From: a plasmid
Sequence record: NZ_CP048628.1
Direction: 5' to 3' (one strand)
DNA length: 46,189 nt
The translations under genes were made by a program, and so were the position numbers. Below the pieces are notes generated by a model that had not been told where the DNA came from, ran no database searches, and saw only the letters and a list, made by a program, of their open reading frames with translations. The stretch's first letter is position 1; each line of letters opens with the position of its first letter. Shown here one piece after another: positions 27,450-35,688 of the stretch.

Positions 27450-27966
27450 AAAATACAATGGTATAGTCGTGCATGCACGACTATACTCATTGAAATTTTG
27501 TAAAATTATTCTATTTTTTATTATTTTTATAACAATATTGTATCTATGTATGGGAACAATATTTTATAAAAATATATCACCATCTGCACCTCGTGGAATA
27601 TATATGATAGCACCCAATCAGAATTTAGATTATGGAGATTTTGTTGTTGTTAAACTTCCTGTAGATGTTCCTATATTAAATGTACAAAAAGGATATCCCA
27701 TGATAAAAAAAGTACAGGGTTTGCCAGGAGATGTTTATAGAGTAGGTGAGGATGCTGTAGAAATTCATGGTCGAAAATATAAGATATACCATATTGACGG
27801 TCTGCCGCAGAAAAATACTATCGGAGAATACACAGTACCAAAAGGACAGATTTTATTTTTGAATGACCCTGATATATCTTTTGATTCGCGGTATCTTGGA
27901 ACAATTTCCACTAAAAACATTGAAAAGAAAGTGATACTTGTTTGTTCATTTGATGAAAAGGATTGA
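27427..27966 (+). CDS. traF: TraF-like conjugative signal peptidase (S26 family; pilin maturation)
   Basis: N-terminal transmembrane segment and NISPSAPRGIYMI (S.S.P.G.Y catalytic-Ser motif); the end of a T4SS operon is the expected position for a pilin-maturation peptidase. Confidence 0.6.
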   Translation: MVNMNCLKKYNGIVVHARLYSLKFCKIILFFIIFITILYLCMGTIFYKNISPSAPRGIYMIAPNQNLDYGDFVVVKLPVDVPILNVQKGYPMIKKVQGLPGDVYRVGEDAVEIHGRKYKIYHIDGLPQKNTIGEYTVPKGQILFLNDPDISFDSRYLGTISTKNIEKKVILVCSFDEKD

Positions 27967-27972
27967 TGAACA

Positions 27973-28722
27973 ATGAAAAAAATTGTTGTTATATGTATAG
28001 TTATTATTGTATTAGTTAGCATGACTGTATCTGTTGGAGCATGGGGGCGTGTTTTAAAGCCAGGAGACCATGTCATAGACTATAAACGGCTGGCGGATAG
28101 TATAAGAGAAACAGCACAAATGCTTCAGACTGTGCAAAATAGCTTAGAAAATCTTAAAAATAGGATTTTAGCTAATACGAAAATAAATATTGATGAAAAT
28201 AAAATAAGTACAGAAATTGAGAAGGTTATAAAACCTGATGGCGAAAGTTTAATTAATCCTAATAAAGTTTTTAAAGATAAAGACTTTTATAAGTCTTGGG
28301 AAATTGAAGAAGCATTAAATGACCAAGAGTATAATCTTAAACTTGCTGAAGAACAAACCTATACAAAAAAAGAAGCAACAGATGTTATACAAGAAACAAT
28401 TAATAATCAAACCGATAGAATAAACCTGCAATCTGAAATATTAAGTACACAAACAGACGGCATTTTGGGCGAAAAACAACGTGCAAATACTATGAATATA
28501 GTAAATACATTAAATACTATTGATAAAACAAAAACAAACGGAGCACGTTTTATAAATAGTATAGTTGACCAAGAAACAAAAGCTGCTGCTGATAGATTAG
28601 ATAAAGAAAAAATAAAAGCTGGTCAGTTTTATGGATATGATCCATATAATTCTAGTACTTTTGATGAAGAAAATAGACCTCCTCAAGAGCCAGCGTTAGG
28701 CTTTATGAGATTTGGAAATTAA
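27973..28722 (+). CDS. secreted coiled-coil protein, possibly a second VirB5-like paralogue
   Basis: Signal peptide; N-terminal ..GDHVIDYKRLADSIRETAQMLQTVQN.. resembles the N-terminus of the 23704 protein. Confidence 0.35.
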   Translation: MKKIVVICIVIIVLVSMTVSVGAWGRVLKPGDHVIDYKRLADSIRETAQMLQTVQNSLENLKNRILANTKINIDENKISTEIEKVIKPDGESLINPNKVFKDKDFYKSWEIEEALNDQEYNLKLAEEQTYTKKEATDVIQETINNQTDRINLQSEILSTQTDGILGEKQRANTMNIVNTLNTIDKTKTNGARFINSIVDQETKAAADRLDKEKIKAGQFYGYDPYNSSTFDEENRPPQEPALGFMRFGN

Positions 28723-28752
28723 AAAAAGCAGGGTTTAAAAGCCCTGCTTTTC
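28722..28752. terminator. bidirectional terminator (aaaaaaagcaggg..ccctgcttttc)
   Basis: Inverted repeat flanked by an A-tract and a T-tract, between convergent genes. Confidence 0.6.
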
Positions 28753-28760
28753 ATTAGTTT

Positions 28761-29285
28761 TTATTGTTTTGCTTTGCCATATTTTATAAAAGGGTCATCA
28801 ATAATAGGTGTTTTATTAATTATAGGATGTTCTTCCCAATATTTAGTTAAAGCATCTGCTGCTTGTTTTTTTAAATTTTCAAATATTGCATTGTCATCAT
28901 CTTTTTGTAAATAAATTCCTTTTGCAGAATAAAGGAGAGTATTATCTTTTTCTATATAAGTATAAGATACTGAAGCAATATCATTTCCACTTACTAATTT
29001 TCCATCTTTTAAAGTAGCACTTTCAGTTTTTTCTTTGCCTTCTTGCCATTCTAATTGTCTGTCTGGATTAAATTCGTTGTAGTTACTAACCTTTCTTTTA
29101 ATAATATAATTATCGCCGTTTTGTTCTATCGTCATTTGATAAATATAAGAACGTGGATTATCAGGATTTTCTAAGCCAGTCCATTTTCCTATGTATTTAT
29201 CTCCCTCATTACTACATCCAGCCAAAACCATTGTTAATAATAACAAAGACATTATACATAGAGTTTTCCAGGCTTTCATTTTCAT
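28761..29285 (-). CDS. lipoprotein (VirB7-like or entry-exclusion candidate)
   Basis: Lipobox LAGC after MKMKAWKTLCIMSLLLLTMV; C-terminus TPIIDDPFIKYGKAKQ shares the PIIDDPF.xYG motif with the VirB5-like protein. Confidence 0.5.
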   Translation of the reverse strand: MKMKAWKTLCIMSLLLLTMVLAGCSNEGDKYIGKWTGLENPDNPRSYIYQMTIEQNGDNYIIKRKVSNYNEFNPDRQLEWQEGKEKTESATLKDGKLVSGNDIASVSYTYIEKDNTLLYSAKGIYLQKDDDNAIFENLKKQAADALTKYWEEHPIINKTPIIDDPFIKYGKAKQ

Positions 29286-29296
29286 TACCTCATTTC

Positions 29297-29671
29297 TTAT
29301 TGTTTATTCTTTTTTAAAGAATTTACATATAATTCTAACCATTCACGGCAGAATTTAAGTTCATTTGGATTTAGTTTAAGAAGTAAATTGTTTATACGGG
29401 TTTTATTCCATTCATCCGTTTTAATTATTTCTGTTTTCCCGTATAATAACCATTCTAAATTAGAACGACCTATCATATCCCCTAAAAGCTGTAAGGTTTT
29501 AAATTGTGGATTTACATTTCCACGTTCTATTTCAGACAATGTGGATTGCAAGATACCGAGTTCTTTTGCAAAGTCTTGTTGGTTCATTTTGTAATATTTC
29601 CTTATATTTTTTATTCTTTTAGATATTGTTTCAGAGTTTTCAAATATATTAATGTCAATATTTTTACTCAT
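29297..29671 (-). CDS. XRE-family HTH regulator
   Basis: MNQQDFAKELGILQSTLSEIERGN; divergent from topB. Confidence 0.75.
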   Translation of the reverse strand: MSKNIDINIFENSETISKRIKNIRKYYKMNQQDFAKELGILQSTLSEIERGNVNPQFKTLQLLGDMIGRSNLEWLLYGKTEIIKTDEWNKTRINNLLLKLNPNELKFCREWLELYVNSLKKNKQ

Positions 29672-29751
29672 TATATACCTCTATAATATTATTTTTGCAA
29701 TAATATTATATCATATTTATGATATAAAATAAAGAAAAGAGTTGATTTTAA

Positions 29752-31848
29752 ATGAAAGTTTTTATAGCAGAAAAACCTGATATTGGAAAAGCAATAGCTA
29801 ATTATTTATGGAAAAATGATTATAAAAAACAGCAAGGATATTTTGAAAAAGATGGTGATGTAATTGTAACTTGGGCTTATGGACATATTTTGAGACTTGC
29901 AACACCTCAAGAATATGATGAGAAATATAAATTTTGGAAAAATTATCCTATAATTCCTAAAAAATGGCAAATTAAACCTTCTGCTAACACTAAAAAGCAA
30001 TTAGATGTAATACTACAGCTATTAAAAAAGGCAGATATAGTTATAAATGCTGGCGATCCAGATAGAGAAGGACAACTTTTAATTGATGAAATTTTAGATT
30101 ATGCAGGTTATAAGGGAACAGTACAAAGGCTATTATTAAACGCCAAAGATGATGTAAGTCTTAAAAGGGCTTTTGAAAATATCCAGGATAATAATAATTT
30201 TAAAAACTTGTATATGGCAGGACTTGGAAGAGCTCATGCCGACTGGCTTGTCGGTATGAACTTAACAAGAGCCTACAGCGTAAGCGCCAGAAAATATGGT
30301 TATAATACAATTTTTCGTATTGGTCGTGTAAAAATACCTACACTTGCACTTGTTGTAAATCGTGAAAAAGAGATACAAAATTTTAAGTCTACTAAATATT
30401 ATGAGCTAATAGGCAGTTTTACAAAGGATAATTTGCCCTTTAAAGCACAGTTAAAGCCGTCAGACAAGTTCATAAACGCTGAAAATAGAATAAAAGATAA
30501 GGCGATATTACAAGCTATAAAATTAAAATTACACAACGCTGAAATAACAGTAAAAGACATACAGAAAAAGAAAATTATAGAATATCCACCTCTTCCATAT
30601 TCACTTGATACTTTACAAGTAGAAGCAAATAAAGTATATGATTTTTCGCCCAAAACTGTACTTGATACTGTACAGCAGTTGTATGAGAAGAAATTTGTAT
30701 CTTATCCACGTTCTGATTGTAATTATATACCTGAAGCACAATTTGAAGATGCTAAAAAAATCTTTGATATATTAGATATTCCAGGAAAAGACAAAGCAAA
30801 TTTAGCGTTAAAATCTAAAGCATGGAATGATAAAAAGATAACAGCTCACCATGCCATAATACCTACTATAGTTAAAGCTGAAGAACTTGATAATACCCAG
30901 CAGAAAATCTATGAAATGATAGCCAAACGCTATATATTACAGTTCTTTTTACCATGTATAGCCGAAAAAACAACATTCGTTTTATCTGTTGCCGATGAAA
31001 TCTTTACAGGAAGCGGGCAAATTATCATGGAAGCAGGTTTTAAAGCCTTCGAAGGAAAAGAAACAAGCGATATAAACATTTTGCCAGAACTTAAAGTAGG
31101 CGACAAAATCGACAAAGGCGATTATTTAATCCAGGAAAAGAAAACGACGCCGCCGAAACGTTTCACGGAAGGAACGCTTCTTGCAGCTATGGCAAATATT
31201 TATAAATATGTGGATGCTAAAAATCCTAATCGGGAAAAATTAAAAGAAGTAAAAGGTATTGGGACACCTGCAACGCGAGATACAATAATTGCCGAGCTTC
31301 AAGATACTGTTTCTAAAGGCAGGGATATAGAGCCTTGCTTGAAAAAAGTAAAAAGAGAACTTGTACCTACAGCTTTTGGTATAAATTTAATTGAAAATAT
31401 AGATAAATCTTTAACTTATCCTGATACTACCGCAGAAATGGAATATAAACTCTCTGAAATAGCTGAAGGAAAACAATCTTTGCAGGATTTTGTAGATAAT
31501 GTAATAAATATGGTCTATGACAATATAAAATTTGCGGAAAATAAAGAGTTTCCATTCTATAGAGATAATGATAGTATTACTTGTCCTATATGTAATAAAG
31601 GGCAAATTGTTAGAAAATATTCAGCAAAAATAGATAAATATTTTCATATGTGTAATAATCCAGATTGTGTTTCTCCTGTAACAGGGAAAAAACTTTTTTT
31701 TGAAGATAACAACGGTAAGCCGATTATAGCCAAATGTCCAAACTGCAAAAATCTATTAGTCAAGAAACTGGGAAAAAACGGCGAGTTCTGGCTTTGCCAG
31801 AAATGCAATAAAACATATAACGATAAAAACGGAAAACCGGAGATTTAG
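29752..31848 (+). CDS. topB: DNA topoisomerase III (type IA) with C-terminal zinc-ribbon repeats
   Basis: N-terminal Toprim region (MKVFIAEKP..GHIL), the conserved SYPRSDC region holding the catalytic Tyr, and C-terminal CxxC...CxxC pairs. Confidence 0.8.
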   Translation: MKVFIAEKPDIGKAIANYLWKNDYKKQQGYFEKDGDVIVTWAYGHILRLATPQEYDEKYKFWKNYPIIPKKWQIKPSANTKKQLDVILQLLKKADIVINAGDPDREGQLLIDEILDYAGYKGTVQRLLLNAKDDVSLKRAFENIQDNNNFKNLYMAGLGRAHADWLVGMNLTRAYSVSARKYGYNTIFRIGRVKIPTLALVVNREKEIQNFKSTKYYELIGSFTKDNLPFKAQLKPSDKFINAENRIKDKAILQAIKLKLHNAEITVKDIQKKKIIEYPPLPYSLDTLQVEANKVYDFSPKTVLDTVQQLYEKKFVSYPRSDCNYIPEAQFEDAKKIFDILDIPGKDKANLALKSKAWNDKKITAHHAIIPTIVKAEELDNTQQKIYEMIAKRYILQFFLPCIAEKTTFVLSVADEIFTGSGQIIMEAGFKAFEGKETSDINILPELKVGDKIDKGDYLIQEKKTTPPKRFTEGTLLAAMANIYKYVDAKNPNREKLKEVKGIGTPATRDTIIAELQDTVSKGRDIEPCLKKVKRELVPTAFGINLIENIDKSLTYPDTTAEMEYKLSEIAEGKQSLQDFVDNVINMVYDNIKFAENKEFPFYRDNDSITCPICNKGQIVRKYSAKIDKYFHMCNNPDCVSPVTGKKLFFEDNNGKPIIAKCPNCKNLLVKKLGKNGEFWLCQKCNKTYNDKNGKPEI

Positions 31849-31860
31849 GAGGAATGAAAC

Positions 31861-32346
31861 ATGAGTTATGAAGATGAATATACCGACCAATATGATGAAC
31901 AGATTAATGACGAAGAACAGGAAAACACCAATGAAGCCGATGAACCGGAAGAAGAAATTACTCCGAGCGAAAGCAGTAGTGATGATAAACAACAACAACT
32001 ATTAACCGATATAAGCGATACATTGCAACTTTTAACAATTCATCTTAACGAGTACCGACAGCTTACAGAAAAACTACAGCAACAAGTAGAAGAATACAAT
32101 GCTTCAGCCCAAATACTTGAACAGATAACGGAAAATATGCCGGAACTTATATATGAAAAATGTCTTGATGAATATAAAAAGATAATCAATAATGCAGCTA
32201 AAAATTATAATCAACTTCAAAAATCTATTGTTAGTTGGCACAAAAATTTGGAAAAAGACCACGATAGAATGTTTAAATGGATTAGCATATCATCTATATT
32301 AACGCCGATACTTTTGTTAATCTTAATTTTATTACAACTATTTTAA
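31861..32346 (+). CDS. hypothetical protein with a highly acidic N-terminus, a coiled coil and a C-terminal transmembrane helix
   Basis: MSYEDEYTDQYDEQINDEEQENTNEADEPEEE..; C-terminal SILTPILLLILILLQLF. Confidence 0.4.
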   Translation: MSYEDEYTDQYDEQINDEEQENTNEADEPEEEITPSESSSDDKQQQLLTDISDTLQLLTIHLNEYRQLTEKLQQQVEEYNASAQILEQITENMPELIYEKCLDEYKKIINNAAKNYNQLQKSIVSWHKNLEKDHDRMFKWISISSILTPILLLILILLQLF

Positions 32347-32472
32347 TTGGAAATCAGATAATTTCTTATTTAAAAAATTCATTAAAGTTCCTTATATATA
32401 AAGGTTTTTAATGACTTTTTAATGAAAATATGATATAATATTAATATATTAATAAATAAAGGAAGATAAAAA

Positions 32473-32634
32473 ATGACTAATAATAATCTTAAAAAAAATG
32501 TTATTTCTGCAATAAAAAGTTGTGAGTTAGAAGGCTTTGTTTATACAAAAGAGGAAAAACAAGTTTTTAATAGAATTGCTTCAGGAGAAATAACAGTAGA
32601 TGAAGCAAGAAAGATTTTTAAAAGGATGTCATAA
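32473..32634 (+). CDS. VbhA/FicA-like small antitoxin candidate (53 aa) carrying the inhibitory motif SxxxEG
   Basis: MTNNNLKKNVISAIKSCELEGFVYTKEEKQVFNRIASGEITVDEARKIFKRMS; its stop overlaps the Fic start (taATGg); not in the ORF track because it is under 60 aa. Confidence 0.55.
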   Translation: MTNNNLKKNVISAIKSCELEGFVYTKEEKQVFNRIASGEITVDEARKIFKRMS

Positions 32635-33272
32635 TGGATGAGTATGTATTAAAGAATAAATTAGGTTTAAAAGATACACAAACCTTAAATAAATATGAAC
32701 GACGATTAAGTGCATTAAGAATTATTTCTCTTAAAGAAAAATCTTTTAAGAAATTTGATTTTTCAACCTTAAAAAGAATGCACAAGGAAATTTTTCAAGA
32801 CATTTATCAATGGGCTGGAACAACAAGAAATGTTAATATTTCCAAGGGAAAAACACTTTTTTGTCCAGTTGAAAATATAAATGTTTATGCTGATACAATT
32901 TTTAAAAAGTTAGAAAAAGAAAATTATTTAAAAGGGCTTTCTCAAGATAAGTTTTGCAAAAAAGCAGCTGAATTATTTGGAGATATAAATGCTTTACATC
33001 CTTTTAGAGAAGGTAATGGTCGTACTCAAAGAGAGTTTATTTATCATTTAGCTAAAAATTCTGGTTATGAATTGGACTTAAATCAATTAGATAAAACTAA
33101 ATATATGACGGCCTCTATTGAATCAATACTGACAAGTAATGAGAAAATGGAAAAGTTGATGAAATCTATAATAAAGCCGTTAGCTAAAGAAAAAGTCAAA
33201 ATCCGAAAACAGAAGATAGTGATGAAGTTTCCGGACAAGGATAAAAGTAATAATCGCAATATGGAACGCTGA
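32634..33272 (+). CDS. Fic-domain protein (AMPylation-type toxin) with C-terminal tail ..KQKIVMKFPDKDKSNNRNMER
   Basis: Canonical Fic motif HPFREGNGRTQREF (HPFx[DE]GNGRxxR). Confidence 0.8.
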   Translation: MDEYVLKNKLGLKDTQTLNKYERRLSALRIISLKEKSFKKFDFSTLKRMHKEIFQDIYQWAGTTRNVNISKGKTLFCPVENINVYADTIFKKLEKENYLKGLSQDKFCKKAAELFGDINALHPFREGNGRTQREFIYHLAKNSGYELDLNQLDKTKYMTASIESILTSNEKMEKLMKSIIKPLAKEKVKIRKQKIVMKFPDKDKSNNRNMER

Positions 33273-33347
33273 ATATATACAATATATAGTATATTTTCTT
33301 TCGACCATAAGATATAAAAACTATATTTAGTATATGGAGAATACAAA

Positions 33348-33539
33348 ATGATTAGTAATGTAGAACAAAAGCGGAGACGTGAAATGGTTGAATATAGTAT
33401 AGCTACCTGTGAATTAGAAGGATGTATTATAAGTGATGAATACAGAAGATTATCAGAAAAATATATTAAAGGTGAAATGACACTAGAAGATTTAAGTAAG
33501 GAAGTTCGGAAAAATCTTCCCTCAAATAAAAGCAGGTGA
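33348..33539 (+). CDS. second VbhA/FicA-like small protein (TCELEG motif)
   Basis: MISNVEQKRRREMVEYSIATCELEGCIISDEYRRLSEKYIKGEMTLEDL.. contains [ST]xxxE[GN]. Confidence 0.45.
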   Translation: MISNVEQKRRREMVEYSIATCELEGCIISDEYRRLSEKYIKGEMTLEDLSKEVRKNLPSNKSR

Positions 33540-33543
33540 TATA

Positions 33544-33954
33544 TTGAAATACTTATCTGGTATATTTGCATTGAATTTAATGTGTGATTTAGATACATTC
33601 GGCGACTGGCATACATCAGCGATTGATTGGAAGAATAAGATAAATTTTTGGAATAGTAGTCATAGTATATGGGGAGATTACGGCATAGAAAAAAACAGGA
33701 CTATTCCGGAAAACAAAGGAAAATTTAATGTTGCTAATCATATTAGAGCACTACTTGACTTAATCAGCATAGGAGATTTTCCTACAGCACAAGGAATGCG
33801 AGATAATTTTATCTGCAATGATAAATATACGCCAGAAATTTTTTCTAAAGTCAGTATGTTGAAGAACAATAAAAACTGGCCGGAAATAGATAAATTTATG
33901 GGTAAAGAATATATGATGCAATGGGTGAAATATAAAAAAGAGGTTAGTTTATGA
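33544..33954 (+). CDS. hypothetical protein upstream of the HipA-like kinase; HipS-like role possible
   Basis: 136 aa; overlaps the kinase gene start (ATGA). Confidence 0.35.
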   Translation: MKYLSGIFALNLMCDLDTFGDWHTSAIDWKNKINFWNSSHSIWGDYGIEKNRTIPENKGKFNVANHIRALLDLISIGDFPTAQGMRDNFICNDKYTPEIFSKVSMLKNNKNWPEIDKFMGKEYMMQWVKYKKEVSL

Positions 33955-34928
33955 TAATAGATTTTACTGATATAGCAAAAAATAATCCTAGTTTCAGAGC
34001 TTACGGAGGAGCTAACGGCATAAAAAAAGGAATACTATTTCATGGAAAACCGTATATGCTGAAGATAGAACATCGTGGAAAGAAGAAAAATAAAGATTAT
34101 AAGCATAGCGTATTATCAGAATATATTTCTTCAAAAATATATTCCATGTTGGATATTCCCACTCAAGAAGTTGTTCTCGGCAAGATTTATGATAATGGAA
34201 AAGAAAAATTATGCGTAGCTTGTAAAGATTTCAAAGAAAAAGGCGAATATCTGTATGAATTTTTAAATATAAAAAACTCCGTCCTTACGGAAAATTCCTC
34301 CAACGGCTCAGGTACGGAACTAGCGGAAATTTTAGAAGCCATAGATAAGCAGAACTTTTGTCCTGCAAGTGAAGTAAAAGAAAGATTTTGGGAAATGTTT
34401 GTCGTCGATACTTACTTAGGAAACTTTGACAGACATAACGGGAATTGGGGCTTTTTAGTTAATGAAAATACAGGGATTAAACACCTGGCGCCTGTTTTTG
34501 ATTGCGGGTCTTGCTTATATCCTGCACCTACGGATGAACAGCTACAAGTATTTTTAAACGACCCCAAAGAAATGGAAAAAAGAGTATATGTTTTTCCAAA
34601 CTCAATAATAGAAGAAAACGGTAAAAAAATAAATTACCATGAGTTCTTACAATCCACTTTAAATGAAGATTGTTTGAAAGCCGTAAGAAAAATGATACTC
34701 AAAATAGAAGCAAAATCTAATGATATAAAAGACTTTATTAATCACATTGAAGTATTATCTCCGGTTAGAAAGAAATTTTATACACAGATTTTAAGAATGC
34801 GTAGAGAACGGATATTGCAACCGGCATTAGAGCGTGCAAATAAATTGATGAAGAAGTCGTATAAGCAAAAAATAGTGATGAAGTTTCCGGACAAAGATAA
34901 AAGTAATAATCGCGTTATGAACAGATAA
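33951..34928 (+). CDS. HipA/HipT-like Ser/Thr kinase toxin with C-terminal tail ..KQKIVMKFPDKDKSNNRVMNR
   Basis: Catalytic region ERFWEMFVVDTYLGNFDRHNGNWGFLVNENTGIKHLAPVFDCGS parallels the HipA pattern ..vFN.lignTDDHlKNfS...g.w.LsPaYD.. Confidence 0.6.
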   Translation: MIIDFTDIAKNNPSFRAYGGANGIKKGILFHGKPYMLKIEHRGKKKNKDYKHSVLSEYISSKIYSMLDIPTQEVVLGKIYDNGKEKLCVACKDFKEKGEYLYEFLNIKNSVLTENSSNGSGTELAEILEAIDKQNFCPASEVKERFWEMFVVDTYLGNFDRHNGNWGFLVNENTGIKHLAPVFDCGSCLYPAPTDEQLQVFLNDPKEMEKRVYVFPNSIIEENGKKINYHEFLQSTLNEDCLKAVRKMILKIEAKSNDIKDFINHIEVLSPVRKKFYTQILRMRRERILQPALERANKLMKKSYKQKIVMKFPDKDKSNNRVMNR

Positions 34929-35104
34929 AAATTTAGATTGAAGATTTTCTATTAAGAAAATCAACCTTTTCTTCCGCGTTTTTATAATGTTGCTCTTATG
35001 ATTACTCCTGCTCTTTGATAAAGAAAAAGGTTATTTAATAGATACTTGCAAATTTGCACAAGATAAATATAGATGTTATATAAAAACTATGTTATAATTA
35101 AAGT

Positions 35105-35172
35105 ACAAACACAGATGTTAAACAAAAAGTAAAAAAACCTCGAGAAGCGGTCAACTTCACTCGAGGTTTTTT
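35105..35172 (+). ncRNA. candidate antitoxin small RNA (copy B) with extended -10 promoter TGtTATAAT (35088..35098) and bidirectional terminator (35138..35172)
   Basis: Nucleotides 35113..35129 (agatgttaaacaaaaag) are identical to 35303..35319, which makes the RNA perfectly complementary over 17 nt to the translation-initiation region of the convergent toxin ORF. Confidence 0.5.
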
Positions 35173-35207
35173 GCATTTTAGAGCTTGCCAGCTATGGGCT
35201 AGTTGCT

Positions 35208-35315
35208 TTAATTTTTAGTCTTATTACTATCTAACCACTTGCAAAAATAATGTACGGCTAAACCTGATACAAAACCTGCCATAATAGAAATAAGAAAATC
35301 ATAGATGTTAAACAA
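35208..35315 (-). CDS. candidate type I toxin: 35-aa hydrophobic peptide (Fst/Ldr-like)
   Basis: Strong SD gggaggaggtg, then a TTG start 8 nt downstream (in-frame ATG at codon 12). Peptide LFNIYDFLISIMAGFVSGLAVHYFCKWLDSNKTKN, hydrophobic core with a charged C-terminus. Promoter TTAACA-16-TATAAT with a TG extension on the minus strand at about 35357..35384. Convergent with the small RNA and shares its terminator. Confidence 0.45.
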   Translation of the reverse strand: MFNIYDFLISIMAGFVSGLAVHYFCKWLDSNKTKN

Positions 35316-35406
35316 AAAGAGCACCTCCTCCCGTTGCCGAGATTTGGTAAAGCAACATGATGATTATAGCATAAAAAAAGATGATGTTAAAATGTGTTTA
35401 CACGTT

Positions 35407-35420
35407 GTTTCACGTGAAAC
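35407..35420. promoter_or_regulatory. palindrome GTTTCACGTGAAAC (copy 3), about 22 bp upstream of the -35 of the toxin promoter
   Basis: Read directly from the sequence. Confidence 0.5.
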
Positions 35421-35688
35421 AAAAATCATATTTTTATGTAAAAAAAGATATTAATGTCATTTTCAGATAAAAATGTAAGGTAAAAGAGCAGGCTTTATTC
35501 CTGCTCTTTCTTTCTCATTGAAGATTTTCTTTCAAGAAAATCAACCTTTTCTCCCGCGTTTTTTCAAAATCGGCGTTTTCTCGTTCATTTTAAGCCGTTT
35601 TTATGATGTAGTCTTTAGAATTATACCTAAAATAAAAATAAATGGCTAAAAACAAAAAGCTACATGAATTAATCATGTAGCTTTTTTG

